Below, piece after piece: positions 28,324-37,871 of a DNA stretch of 47,777 nt. The translations under genes and the position numbers were made by a program. Origin of the DNA: an uncultured Anaerolineaceae bacterium (GTDB lineage: Bacteria > Chloroflexota > Limnocylindria > Limnocylindrales > CSP1-4); the NCBI GenBank assembly GCA_964425305.1, contig CAYRMQ010000007.1, positions 1-47,777 of the forward strand, given 5' to 3'. Below the pieces are notes generated by a model. The model was not told where the DNA came from. It was given only the letters and a program-made list of their open reading frames with translations, and did not search any database. Numbering within the stretch: the stretch's first letter is position 1; each line of letters opens with the position of its first letter.

Positions 28324-28935
28324 TCAGGCGCGCTCGCGGGTGGCCATCCGTCGCTCGATCGTGGCGATCGCTTCCTTGATCCGGCCGAGCGACTCGGCGT
28401 CGACGTTGTCCTCGTCGGTGTACGGCCCCAGCCGCTCGAGGATATCGGCGATGAGGCCGTAGAAGACGGCTGCGTCGGCGAGGAAGAACTGCGGCTCGTT
28501 GTTGTAGCGCACGAGCGTCAGCCGGCCCTGAAGGACGCGCCGGTCGTCGACGTGGGCGACCTGCGTCGAGAAGTTGTGGCCCTGGATACCGTCAGGGTTG
28601 TTGAGGAAGCTGAGTGCGTTGTCGATGGCCAGCCCGAAGCGCGCGCGCCAGGCGATCAGCCGCTCGTGGACCTCGGGCGAGATGCGCACCTCGGCGACCT
28701 GGTCGAAGACCTCCGGCGTGACTGTCAACAGGCCGACGAGGGTGCTGCCCGCCCGGGCGCCGAGCATCACCTGCAGTGAGCGCTCGAGCGTGAAGACCTC
28801 CGAGTCGAAGCGCGGGCTGGTGATGACGTCGGTGAGCAGGTCCTCGACGTTGTCGAGCACGCCCGGCTCGGCCATCGCCGTGGCGAGATGGACGATCTCT
28901 TCCTTGAAGAGGAACTGTTCTTCGTGATCGAGCAT
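28324..28935 (-). CDS. Hypothetical protein (203 aa)
   Basis: ATG at 28935, 9 nt after TGC-TACGAT; strongly coding-like codon usage; no family recognised. Confidence 0.85.
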   Translation of the reverse strand: MLDHEEQFLFKEEIVHLATAMAEPGVLDNVEDLLTDVITSPRFDSEVFTLERSLQVMLGARAGSTLVGLLTVTPEVFDQVAEVRISPEVHERLIAWRARFGLAIDNALSFLNNPDGIQGHNFSTQVAHVDDRRVLQGRLTLVRYNNEPQFFLADAAVFYGLIADILERLGPYTDEDNVDAESLGRIKEAIATIERRMATRERA

Positions 28936-29078
28936 TGCCCGCGGATCGTAGCACCGGTGCGTGTCGTGGCCGTCAGGCTGGACGCAGGGGTCGGCGGTCG
29001 CCCTGGCAGGCGTCGCTTGGCGATCCGTGGCACCGGCGATAAGGAACCGCCCCCGCGGTGGGCTCGCAGCCGGACGCC

Positions 29079-29308
29079 TTGCATGCCGTGCAACCAACCG
29101 CCGCCGGCATCCCACGGTGGGGCTGGCCGGCGGTGACTCGTTGCCGCCCGTGCACCGATCCGCCGCGGCCCAGGGCTGACGCGGCGCGGGCTTGCTGCTG
29201 GTGCAACGATCGACCGTCGCCGCGCCGGTCACCGCCACCGACGGCGGCGCCGCGGGCTCTTGGTTGCATCCACTGCAACGAGCCGGCGATACGGTGCGCC
29301 CGGCGCAA
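29079..29308. repeat. Array of five TTGC-N7-GCAA palindromic boxes
   Basis: Boxes start at 29079, 29141, 29192, 29264 and 29294; three are perfect and two have one mismatch. Confidence 0.7.
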
Positions 29309-29348
29309 CGATCGGCCGCCGCGGATCGGGCGGGCCCCGGCGAGGCGG

Positions 29349-30236
29349 TCAGGTCTCGCGCCAGATCGGGCGGGTGAGGCAGGTCGGGCCGCCTGAGCCG
29401 TTCAACCCTATCTCGCTGGCGGCGAAGGTATGTACCTCGCAGCCGGCCGAGGCGAGAGCGGCGGCGATGCGCGGGTTGCCCGCGGCCAGTACGACTACTC
29501 CAGGACGAACGGCCAACACGTTGCAGCCAAGTGTCTCGAACTCCGCCTCGTCGACGGCGAGCGTGCGGACGCCCAGCTGGGCCAGCAGCTCGTGCAGCCC
29601 GGCAGGCAGCAGCGGCGGATAGACGACGGCCAGGTCGTCGGCCACCGGTGAGATCACGCTGAGCAGATGCAGCACCTCCGCCGGGCCGCGCCAGTACGGC
29701 ACGTCGAAGACCTCGACACGGCCGCCGACGATGTCGGCCAGCTGCTCCGCCCCGGCGCGGTTGGTGCGCAGCGACCGCCCGATGCACAGCACGTCGGGAC
29801 GCAGCCAGAACGTATCGCCGCCGTCGACCGTCGCCGGCGCCTCGATCCGCCGGGCGATCGGGATGCCGGCCGACCGTGCCCACGCCTCAGCCGCATCCTC
29901 CTCGCCCAGCCGCGTCGGCTTGCCCGGTCGCAGCGGGATCGCGCCGCGGTCCGTTACCAGCAGCGAATCGAAGGTGTAGACGGCGTCGGGGCCGAGCCCG
30001 TCGGCGTCAAGCAGGTGAAGCGTCACGCCAAGGCCGGCGAGCAGCGAGCAGAAGGCGTCGTGCTGGCGCCGCGCCGCGGCCAGGTCGACGGCATGGCGGA
30101 AGCCGTGCGCGGGATCGTCAAATGCGCGCCCGAACGCCTCGTCGGGCGAGCGGACGAGCACGTCACGCAGCGGCGCGGTCATGCTCTGAGCGCCGTAGCG
30201 GCCGACGCGGGCAGGCGCCTCCGGCTGGATCCTCAC
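29349..30236 (-). CDS. Amidinotransferase/dimethylargininase (DDAH, pentein) family protein
   Basis: PDAVYTFD, RLGE, VDGGD, RTN, LHL, LGCNVL and GSGGPTCLT (catalytic Cys) motifs. Confidence 0.9.
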   Translation of the reverse strand: MRIQPEAPARVGRYGAQSMTAPLRDVLVRSPDEAFGRAFDDPAHGFRHAVDLAAARRQHDAFCSLLAGLGVTLHLLDADGLGPDAVYTFDSLLVTDRGAIPLRPGKPTRLGEEDAAEAWARSAGIPIARRIEAPATVDGGDTFWLRPDVLCIGRSLRTNRAGAEQLADIVGGRVEVFDVPYWRGPAEVLHLLSVISPVADDLAVVYPPLLPAGLHELLAQLGVRTLAVDEAEFETLGCNVLAVRPGVVVLAAGNPRIAAALASAGCEVHTFAASEIGLNGSGGPTCLTRPIWRET

Positions 30237-30246
30237 CTGTGGACGA

Positions 30247-31512
30247 CTATGGATAGAGGCCTCTGATCGAGGTCGCCGACGACACGCGCTCGACGGCCAG
30301 CAAATACGACGCCAGGCGCTGGTTGACCTGCTCCTTGTCGGCCATCGCCAGTACCTCGGCGAAGGCGCCGGTCATGATCTCGTGCAGCTTGCTGTTGACG
30401 ATCGCCTCGCTCCAGTGGTCGCGGTTGAGGTCCTGCACCCACTCGAAGTAGCTGACCGTTACGCCGCCGGCGTTGCACAGGATGTCGGGGATGATGAAGA
30501 CGCCCTTGCTCGTCAGGATGTCGTCGGCCTCGGGCGTCGTCGGGCCATTGGCGGCCTCGGCCAAGATGCGCGCCTGGATCCGATCGGCGTTGTTCTGCGT
30601 GATGACGTTCTCCAGCGCGGCCGGGATGAGCACGTCGCACTCGAGCTCCAGCAGGTCGGCGTTCGAGATGGGCTGCGCGCCGGGGAAGCCGCGGACTGTG
30701 CCGTGCTCCGCCTTCCACGATAGGACGCGCGCCACGTCAAGACCCTTCCGATCGATGATGCCGCCGGTTGAGTCGGAGACGGCGATGATCGTCGCGCCCT
30801 CGCGACTCATCAGCTGGGCGGCGATCGAGCCGGCGTTGCCGAAGCCCTGGACGGCCACCGTGGCGCCATGGAGGTCGATGCCAAGGTGGCGCGCCGCCTC
30901 GATGATGCAGTAGACGGCGCCGCGGGCGGTGGCCTCGTTGCGTCCCTCCGAGCCGCCGAGGCTGATTGGCTTGCCGGTGACGACGCCCGGGACGGTGTAC
31001 CCGACATGCATCGAGTACGTATCCATGATCCAGGCCATCGTCTGCGAGTTGGTGTTGACGTCCGGCGCCGGAATGTCGCGCTCCGGCCCAATGAGCACCT
31101 CGATCTCGGTCGTGAAGCGGCGGGTCAGGTTCTCCAGCTCGCGCCGGCTCAGCTTCTTGGGATCGACGACGACGCCACCCTTGCCGCCGCCGTAGGGAAT
31201 GCCCACCACGGCGCACTTCCAGGTCATCCACATGGCCAGTGCCTTGACCTCGTCGAGGGTCACGTCCTGGTGGTAGCGGATGCCCCCCTTGGCCGGCCCG
31301 CGACCCAGGTTGTGTTGCACCCGGTGGCCGGTGAAGACCTGCACGCTGCCGTCGTCCATCTTGACCGGGAAGTGGACCGTCAGCACGCGTCTGGGCTCGC
31401 GCAGCACGCGGCGCAGGCCGGGGTCGAGGTTGAGCTTCTCGGCGGCAAGGTCGAACTGCTGCTGCGCGACATGCCACGGGTTGATGGCCGGCGCGACTCG
31501 CTCGGTCGTCAT
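30247..31512 (-). CDS. gdhA: Glu/Leu/Phe/Val dehydrogenase (glutamate dehydrogenase)
   Basis: GPAKGGIRYH, GGGKGG, PAPDVNT, VTGKP, QGFGNAG, ANGPTT, NAGGVTVSYFEWVQ. Confidence 0.96.
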   Translation of the reverse strand: MTTERVAPAINPWHVAQQQFDLAAEKLNLDPGLRRVLREPRRVLTVHFPVKMDDGSVQVFTGHRVQHNLGRGPAKGGIRYHQDVTLDEVKALAMWMTWKCAVVGIPYGGGKGGVVVDPKKLSRRELENLTRRFTTEIEVLIGPERDIPAPDVNTNSQTMAWIMDTYSMHVGYTVPGVVTGKPISLGGSEGRNEATARGAVYCIIEAARHLGIDLHGATVAVQGFGNAGSIAAQLMSREGATIIAVSDSTGGIIDRKGLDVARVLSWKAEHGTVRGFPGAQPISNADLLELECDVLIPAALENVITQNNADRIQARILAEAANGPTTPEADDILTSKGVFIIPDILCNAGGVTVSYFEWVQDLNRDHWSEAIVNSKLHEIMTGAFAEVLAMADKEQVNQRLASYLLAVERVSSATSIRGLYP

Positions 31513-31740
31513 CGAGATCTCGATCCTCCTGTTGGCGGGCGGCGATCGCGAGACAGGGAGATGGCGCGCCCACGAGGCGTCGAAGGACCCGAGTTTACAC
31601 CGCCGGAAGCGCCCTCCAGATGGGCCACTGGTCAGAAAACGCTAACGCCGGCGTACCAGCCGCCGACGGACCGGTCGGCCCCGACCATGCGCACGGTAGA
31701 CCGCCCCTCCGGCGGCGGACCCCCCGTGCCGGTGCGCTGC

Positions 31741-32592
31741 TCAGGCACGGGCCGGCGGAAGCATGACCGCGCCGTAGGCGCCGGGGCCAACATGTGGCCC
31801 GACCGACGAGCCGATGAGGTGGACGGTCATCTTCTCCTTCGGGAAGCCGGTCGCGCGGGCGAGCTCGTCGACGAACTCGTCGAGGTCAGGGATCTGGCTG
31901 TGGAGGACGGCGACGCGCTCGGGCCTGACCTCGCCGAGCAGCTCCAGCAGGCGGGCGCGCGCCTTCGAGCGCGTGCGCGGCTTGTCGGCCGTCTCGACCT
32001 CGCCGTCCTCGATGGTGATGATCGGCTTGACCGACAGCACGCCGCCGATCGCGGCGCGGGCAGGGCTGATCCGCCCGCCGCGCTTGAGGTACTCGAGCGT
32101 CTCGAGCACAACGTACAGGCGCAGGTCGTCCTTGCGCTTCTCCAGCTCGGCGACGATCTCGCTCGCGGTGGCGCCGGCCGCAGCACGTTCGGCGGCGAGC
32201 AGCGCCAGCAGGCCGATGCCCATGCACGCCGAGGCGCTGTCGACGATGTGCACCTTGTCGGCTCCGACCAGGTCGCGCGCGATCCTGGCACTGGCGATGG
32301 TCGCCGACAGCTTCTCGCCGACGCCGACGTAGACGATCTCCTCTGCGCCGTCCTCGAGCAGCCGCGAGAAGACGTCGCGGAAGTCGCCCGGCGCGCAGGC
32401 GGCCGTCTTGGGGAACGGCGCGTCGGACTTGGTCAGCTCGCGCCAGAAGTCGTCGGGCGACATGTCGACGCCGGCGCGGTACTCCTTCTCACCGAAGGTG
32501 CACAGCAGCGGGACGACGCTGATGCCGGCCTGCGCGGCCTGGTCGGGCGGCAGGTCGCTGGCCGAGTCGGTGACGACCGCCACGCGGCTCAT
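31741..32592 (-). CDS. DegV family fatty-acid-binding protein
   Basis: VVTDSASDL, IVDS, LEYLKRGGRI, VKPII and HVGPGA motifs. Confidence 0.95.
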   Translation of the reverse strand: MSRVAVVTDSASDLPPDQAAQAGISVVPLLCTFGEKEYRAGVDMSPDDFWRELTKSDAPFPKTAACAPGDFRDVFSRLLEDGAEEIVYVGVGEKLSATIASARIARDLVGADKVHIVDSASACMGIGLLALLAAERAAAGATASEIVAELEKRKDDLRLYVVLETLEYLKRGGRISPARAAIGGVLSVKPIITIEDGEVETADKPRTRSKARARLLELLGEVRPERVAVLHSQIPDLDEFVDELARATGFPKEKMTVHLIGSSVGPHVGPGAYGAVMLPPARA

Positions 32593-32619
32593 CGGGCGGC
32601 TCCAAGCAGGCCTTCTGCG

Positions 32620-33855
32620 TCAGGCGCGCTCGAAGGCCATCGCCACCGAGCCACCGCCTCCCAGGCACAGAGTTGCCAGACCATAGCGACCCTCCCTCCT
32701 GCTGAGCTCGTGGAGCAGCGTCGCGACGATGCGCGCGCCGCTCGCGCCGATGGGATGGCCGAGGGCGATGGCCCCACCGTTGACGTTCACCCTCGACCAG
32801 TCGAAGCCCAGCTCCCGGCCATCGGCCAGGACCTGCGCCGCGAACGCCTCATTGATCTCGATCAGGTCGAACGCCTCGATCGGCAACTCGATGCGCGCCA
32901 GCAGCTTCTGAACGCCCTTGACCGGCGCCAGGAACAGCCACTTCGGCTCCATCTCGGCCTGGCTGTAGCCGACGATGCGGGCGAGCGGCTTCAGGCCCAG
33001 CCGCTCGACGGCGCGCTCGCTGGCGACGACGGTCGCCGCCGCGCCGTCGGTGATGCCGGGGGCGTTGCCGGCGGTCACCGTGCCGTCGGCCGGGCCCGGC
33101 GTGCCGGAGTCGGGGTCCGGCAGCGAGAAGACGGGCCTGAGCTTCGACAGGGCCTCGAGGCTGGTGTCGCGGCGCGGGCCCTCGTCGGTCTCGACGAGAG
33201 CCTCCTCGCCGCCACGCCGGACGGGGACGGGCACGATCTCGGCGGCGAAGCGGCCCTCGTCGGTGGCCGCGACCGCACGCTGGTGGCTCTGCAGCGCGTA
33301 GCGGTCCTGGTCCTCGCGGCTGACCTGCGACTTGATCGCGACGCGCTCGGCGTGCGTGCCCATGTGGCAGGCCTCGACCGAGCACCACAGGCCGTCGTGG
33401 ACTGTCGCGTCGATCAGCTCGGCGTTGCCCAGGCGATAGCCGAAGCGCGCCTTGGGCACGAGGTACGGGCCCTGGTTCATGTTCTCCATGCCGCCGGCGA
33501 CGATGACCTCGGCATCGCCGGCGCGGATCATCGCCGCGCCGAGCATGATCGCCTTCAGGCCGGAGCCGCAGACGCGGTTGATCGTCGTTGCCGGCGTCTC
33601 ATCGCCGAGGCCGCCGCGCAGCGCCGCCTGGCGCGCCGGCGCCTGGCCCACGCCCGCCTGCAGGACCTGGCCCATGAGCACCTCGTCGACCTGCTCAGCA
33701 GGTACGCCGGCACGCTCGACCGCGGCGCGAATGGCGACGCCGCCGAGGGTGGTGGCGGGGACGTCTGCGAGCGAACCGCCGAACTTGCCGATGGGCGTGC
33801 GCGCGGCCGAGACGAGGAAGACGTCGCCGTTGGGCCGGCTGGCTACGTTACCCAT
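32620..33855 (-). CDS. Acetyl-CoA acetyltransferase (thiolase)
   Basis: RTPIGKFGG, NRVCGSG, EINEAFA, NGGAIALGHPIGASG, LCLGGG; ATG at 33855. Confidence 0.96.
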   Translation of the reverse strand: MGNVASRPNGDVFLVSAARTPIGKFGGSLADVPATTLGGVAIRAAVERAGVPAEQVDEVLMGQVLQAGVGQAPARQAALRGGLGDETPATTINRVCGSGLKAIMLGAAMIRAGDAEVIVAGGMENMNQGPYLVPKARFGYRLGNAELIDATVHDGLWCSVEACHMGTHAERVAIKSQVSREDQDRYALQSHQRAVAATDEGRFAAEIVPVPVRRGGEEALVETDEGPRRDTSLEALSKLRPVFSLPDPDSGTPGPADGTVTAGNAPGITDGAAATVVASERAVERLGLKPLARIVGYSQAEMEPKWLFLAPVKGVQKLLARIELPIEAFDLIEINEAFAAQVLADGRELGFDWSRVNVNGGAIALGHPIGASGARIVATLLHELSRREGRYGLATLCLGGGGSVAMAFERA

Positions 33856-33915
33856 GAGTACAAGCGTACACCGCTGCCGGCGAGCGGCGACGACAGCCGG
33901 ATTAGACTGCTGGCG

Positions 33916-34380
33916 ATGCACGCTCGCCGGCAGGCAACCTTCGAGACCGCACTCGCGCCCGAGCTCGTCGTGGCTGCGCTGACCGATTTCTCCGAGCGCC
34001 GGCCCACCATCTGGCCCGATCTCGACCCCGACAAGTTCGTCGCGCACGAGCTTGGCCCCGACTGGGCACTGGTCACTGAGGGCAGCCGGCGGCCCGACGT
34101 CTGGGCGCGCGAACGCTACGAGTGGTCGGTGCCGGGCCGCGTCAGCTGGCGCGCCGAGGCGAGCAACTTCTGCGCAGCGGGCAGCGGCGTCGACGTCGTC
34201 GCAGAAGCGCTCGCCGACGGCGGAAGCCGTCTGACGATCGATTGGCGGCGCACGTCGACGTCGGCGTCCGGACTGCTCATCGTGCTCATGTTCCGGCTCT
34301 TCGGCGGCCGGCTCCTGACCTCGGCGTACAAGCCCGTCTTCGATCGGCTCGCGACGGAGGCGTCGGCCAGTCCTGAGTGA
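33916..34380 (+). CDS. SRPBCC/polyketide-cyclase-like protein
   Basis: ALTDFSERRPTIWP, VTEG, WARERYEW and SNF pattern; TAGACT 7 nt before the ATG. Confidence 0.75.
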   Translation: MHARRQATFETALAPELVVAALTDFSERRPTIWPDLDPDKFVAHELGPDWALVTEGSRRPDVWARERYEWSVPGRVSWRAEASNFCAAGSGVDVVAEALADGGSRLTIDWRRTSTSASGLLIVLMFRLFGGRLLTSAYKPVFDRLATEASASPE

Positions 34381-34383
34381 CAC

Positions 34384-34403
34384 GGCGGAGCAGATGCTCC
34401 GCC
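34384..34403 (+). terminator. GC-rich hairpin after the SRPBCC gene
   Basis: GGCGGAGC-AGAT-GCTCCGCC, with no U-tract. Confidence 0.4.
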
Positions 34404-34479
34404 ACGATCCCCGCGGTCCTTCGCGGCGCGGTCCGCGGTCATGGCATCCGAGCGGGTCTCACCGGGCTAGGATAGCGCG

Positions 34480-36861
34480 GTGCCGGAGCGCTTCAGTCAC
34501 CTCTTCGAGCATCTGCCCGACGCACTGCTGATCGTCAACGAAGACGGCCTGATCGCTGACGCCAACCGGGCTGCCTCCGAGCTGTACGGCTGGCAGCAGG
34601 ACGCCCTCGTCGGGCGGCGCCTCGAGGAACTGTGGGCCGACGACGAGCGCGCGCCCATCCGCCGCCGGCTGGCCGACCTCGGACAGCGGGGCAGCCTCGT
34701 GCTCATCGGACGCGGGCAGCGCGCCGACGGCCACGCCTTCGGCCAGGAGATGCGCCTCGCCGCCGATCCCGACGCCCCCGGCCGCGCCTTCGCCGTCGCC
34801 CGCAACCTGTCAGAGCGGCAGCGCCTCGAAGCCGGCCTGACCGGCCTGGCCGACCTCGCCCGGCTGCACGAGCAGGAGGGCAGCCTGACGACCGTCGCCC
34901 GGACGGCGCTCAAGCTATGCCGCCGGATGCTCGACGCCGAGCGTGCCGCGATCTGCACGATAGGCGCCGACGAAACGGTCGAGTGGCTGGCCAGCCACCG
35001 CCTGGCGCCTCTCGTGCGCGCGGCGGAGGGCGTCCGCCTCGGCGACGTGGCCTGGCTGCAGCGCGCGCTCGACAGCGGCCTGCCCGAGGTCATCGACCGG
35101 CGTCACGCGGGCCGGCAGAGGAGCCCGCTCAGCGCGGTTTCCGACCGGCTCGGCGTGGCCGCCTTCGCCGTCGTGCCGCTGCGCGCCGGGCAGGAGCTGG
35201 CCGGCGTCCTCGGCGTGACCTGGCCCGACGATCCGCCCGAGCTGGGGCAGGACCGCGGGCTGCTCGCCGCGATCGGCCACCTCATCGGGCTGGCCCTGGC
35301 CAACGTTCGCCTGCGTGACTCGCTGCTCGCGCGTCAGCTGGCGCTCGATGAATCCGAGGAGCGCTACCGCAGCCTCTTCGAGGAGGCACCCGAGCCGATC
35401 CTGGTCCAGTCGGCCGACGGTTTCGTCATCGACGCGAACGCCGCCGCCTGCGTCGTCTTCGGCCGGCGCCGGCGCGACCTGCTGGGAGCTCACACCGACG
35501 AGATCTGGTCCCTCCGCCGCGAGCGCCGCTCACGCATGCGCGCCCAGCTGCGCCGGCGCGGTCGGGCCAACGTGCGCGGCAGCGGCATGCGTCCCGACGG
35601 CAGCACCTTCCCGCTGATCCTGCACATGGCGGTGACCGTGCTGCGCGGCGAGGAGCGGCTGCTCGTGCAGGTGCGCGACCTGACCGAGCAGGAGCGAATG
35701 CAGGGCGAGCTGCTCCAGGCGCAGAAGATGGAGGCATTGGGCCAGCTGATCAGCGGCGTCGCGCACGAGCTCAACAACCCGCTCAGCGCGATCATCGCCT
35801 TCAGCCAGCTGCTGCGCGCCGACGAGCGCCTGCCGCCGGAGCTGGTGCGCGACGCCGAGCTGCTGATGCGCGAGGCGGACCGCACCCGCCGGATCGTCCA
35901 GAACCTGCTCGACTTCGCCCGCCAGCGCGCACCCGAGCGGGAGCCGACCGACCTGAAGACGCTCGTCGAGCGCACGCTCGAGCTGCACGCCTACGCCCTG
36001 GGGGCGGGCTCGATCGGCGCCGAGATCGACATCGCCGACGACCTGCCGGCGGTCGACGCCGACCCCGGCCAGATCCAGCAGGTCCTGCTCAACCTGACGC
36101 TCAACGCGATCCAGGCCATCGGCACCCGCGGCGGTGGTGGGCGGATCACGATCAGCGCGGCCGTCGCCGAGGAGGGCGGCGGCTCGCGGCGGCGCGTGCG
36201 CCTGACGATCAGCGACGACGGGCCGGGCGTCAGCCCGACTGTCCGGTCGCGGCTGTTCGAACCGTTCTTCACGACCAAGCCGGTCGGCGAGGGCACCGGG
36301 CTGGGCCTGCCCGTCAGCTACGGCATCGTCACGGCCCACGGCGGCAGGTTGTGGCACGAGCCGGGCTCCGGGTCGGGCGCGACGTTCGTGCTGGAGCTGC
36401 CGGTGGGCAGTGGCGCGCCCGTGGCCGTGACGAGGACCGCCCCGAGCTGGACGCCGCGCGTCGCCCGCGCCGACGACGGGCGGCCGCCGGCGCGGATCAT
36501 GGCCGTCGACGACGAGCCGGCCGTGCGCGAGCTCATCGAGCGTGCCCTGAGCCTCGGCGGGTACCGGGTGCTGCTCGCCGAGGGCGGTGCGGAGGCACTC
36601 CGCCGCGTGGCCGACGAGCAGCCCGACCTGCTGCTCGTCGATCACAGGATGGGTGACATGGACGGCACCGAGCTCTACCGCCGGGCGCTCGAGCTGTGCC
36701 CCGAGCTGCGCGGGCGGGCGGTGCTGATGAGCGGCGATACGCTCAATCCCGAGCTGCAGCAGTTCGCCACCGCCAGCGGACTGCGCATGCTGCCCAAGCC
36801 CTTCGACGTGGGCAGCCTGATCCTCGTCGTCGAGGAGGAGCTCGCCCGCGCCGTGACCTAG
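34480..36861 (+). CDS. Hybrid sensor histidine kinase (PAS-GAF-PAS-HisKA-HATPase-REC)
   Basis: GVAHELNNPL, NLTLNA, DDGPG, FEPFFTTK, GTGLGL; receiver VDDE...LLVD...KPF. Confidence 0.95.
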   Translation: MPERFSHLFEHLPDALLIVNEDGLIADANRAASELYGWQQDALVGRRLEELWADDERAPIRRRLADLGQRGSLVLIGRGQRADGHAFGQEMRLAADPDAPGRAFAVARNLSERQRLEAGLTGLADLARLHEQEGSLTTVARTALKLCRRMLDAERAAICTIGADETVEWLASHRLAPLVRAAEGVRLGDVAWLQRALDSGLPEVIDRRHAGRQRSPLSAVSDRLGVAAFAVVPLRAGQELAGVLGVTWPDDPPELGQDRGLLAAIGHLIGLALANVRLRDSLLARQLALDESEERYRSLFEEAPEPILVQSADGFVIDANAAACVVFGRRRRDLLGAHTDEIWSLRRERRSRMRAQLRRRGRANVRGSGMRPDGSTFPLILHMAVTVLRGEERLLVQVRDLTEQERMQGELLQAQKMEALGQLISGVAHELNNPLSAIIAFSQLLRADERLPPELVRDAELLMREADRTRRIVQNLLDFARQRAPEREPTDLKTLVERTLELHAYALGAGSIGAEIDIADDLPAVDADPGQIQQVLLNLTLNAIQAIGTRGGGGRITISAAVAEEGGGSRRRVRLTISDDGPGVSPTVRSRLFEPFFTTKPVGEGTGLGLPVSYGIVTAHGGRLWHEPGSGSGATFVLELPVGSGAPVAVTRTAPSWTPRVARADDGRPPARIMAVDDEPAVRELIERALSLGGYRVLLAEGGAEALRRVADEQPDLLLVDHRMGDMDGTELYRRALELCPELRGRAVLMSGDTLNPELQQFATASGLRMLPKPFDVGSLILVVEEELARAVT

Positions 36862-37724
36862 TCGCGCGGGTAGCTGTGGAAGCCGCGGCCCGTCTTCTGA
36901 CCTAGATGGCCGGCGTCGACCAGCTGGCGCAGGACCGGCGGCGGGGCGAGATGTGGCGCCCCGAAGCCGTCGTGCAGCACCTCCATGATGTCGAGGCACA
37001 CGTCGAGGCCGATGAAGTCGGCCAGCTCCAGCGGACCCAGCGGGTGATTGAGCCCGAGCCGCGCGCCGGCGTCGATGTCGTCGGCGGTGGCGAGGCCCTC
37101 CTCGAAGGCGCGCATCGCCTCGGCCAGGAACGGCATCAGCATGCGGTTGACGATGAAGCCGGGCCGGTCGCGGCTGACGATGACCTGCTTGCCCAGCTCG
37201 GCGGCGACGCCGCGCACGTAGGCCTCCGTCGCGTCGTCGGTGTCGGCGCCGCGTATCAGCTCGATCAGCGGCATGACCGGTACCGGGCTGAAGAAGTGCA
37301 CGCCGACGAAGCGCGCCCGCCGATCGGGCGTGACCGCCGTCGCGAGGCGGGTGATGCTGATCGAACTGGTGTTGCTGGCAAAGATCGTGCCAGGCGGCGC
37401 GTACCGGTCCAGGTCGACGAACAGCTGGCGCTTGATCGCCTCGTCCTCGAAGACGGCCTCGACGACAAGATCAGCCGAGGCGGCGCCGGTCTCGAGCGAG
37501 CCGGCGATCGACACGCGCGCCAGCTGCCCTTCCAGCTCGGCCTCGGTCAGCCGGCCCTTGGCCACCGCCCGTTCGAGGTTGGCGCCGATGCGCGCCCGGC
37601 CGGCCTCCGCGCGCGCCACCTCCGGCTCGTACAGCCAGACCTGGTGGCCGGCGGCAGCCATCACCTGCGCGATGCCGTGGCCCATCAGGCCTGCGCCGCA
37701 GACTAGGACGGTCCGCTCAGTCAT
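36858..37724 (-). CDS. hbd: 3-hydroxybutyryl-CoA dehydrogenase
   Basis: GAGLMGHGIAQ, EAVFE, ASNTSSISIT, HFFSPVP, PGFIVNR, GPLELADFIGLD. Confidence 0.93.
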   Translation of the reverse strand: MTERTVLVCGAGLMGHGIAQVMAAAGHQVWLYEPEVARAEAGRARIGANLERAVAKGRLTEAELEGQLARVSIAGSLETGAASADLVVEAVFEDEAIKRQLFVDLDRYAPPGTIFASNTSSISITRLATAVTPDRRARFVGVHFFSPVPVMPLIELIRGADTDDATEAYVRGVAAELGKQVIVSRDRPGFIVNRMLMPFLAEAMRAFEEGLATADDIDAGARLGLNHPLGPLELADFIGLDVCLDIMEVLHDGFGAPHLAPPPVLRQLVDAGHLGQKTGRGFHSYPRD

Positions 37725-37760
37725 CGACTGCGAGAGTACCCGAGGCGCGGCCGATCCGCG

Positions 37761-37871
37761 TCAGGTCAGCCAGACCAGCAGCGGGACGAGCGCCTCCACG
37801 AGCGTCAGCGCGCCGGCCCGCGAGCGCGAGCCGTACGCCGGACGCACGGCCACGGAGTCGGCGGCCGTCAC
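37761..37871 (-). CDS. Small 36-aa ORF coupled to meaB (absent from the ORF track)
   Basis: GTG overlaps the meaB TGA; encodes [36 protein letters not shown]; 35 of 36 codons end in G/C. Confidence 0.55.
   Translation of the reverse strand: MTAADSVAVRPAYGSRSRAGALTLVEALVPLLVWLT

Noticed and set aside
29079-29308. Palindrome array as ARG boxes or a CRISPR array
   Set aside because: Half-site spacing (TGCA-N5-TGCA) is one base short of an ARG box and the centres are GC-rich. The repeats are too short, degenerate and irregular for CRISPR, and no cas genes are present.
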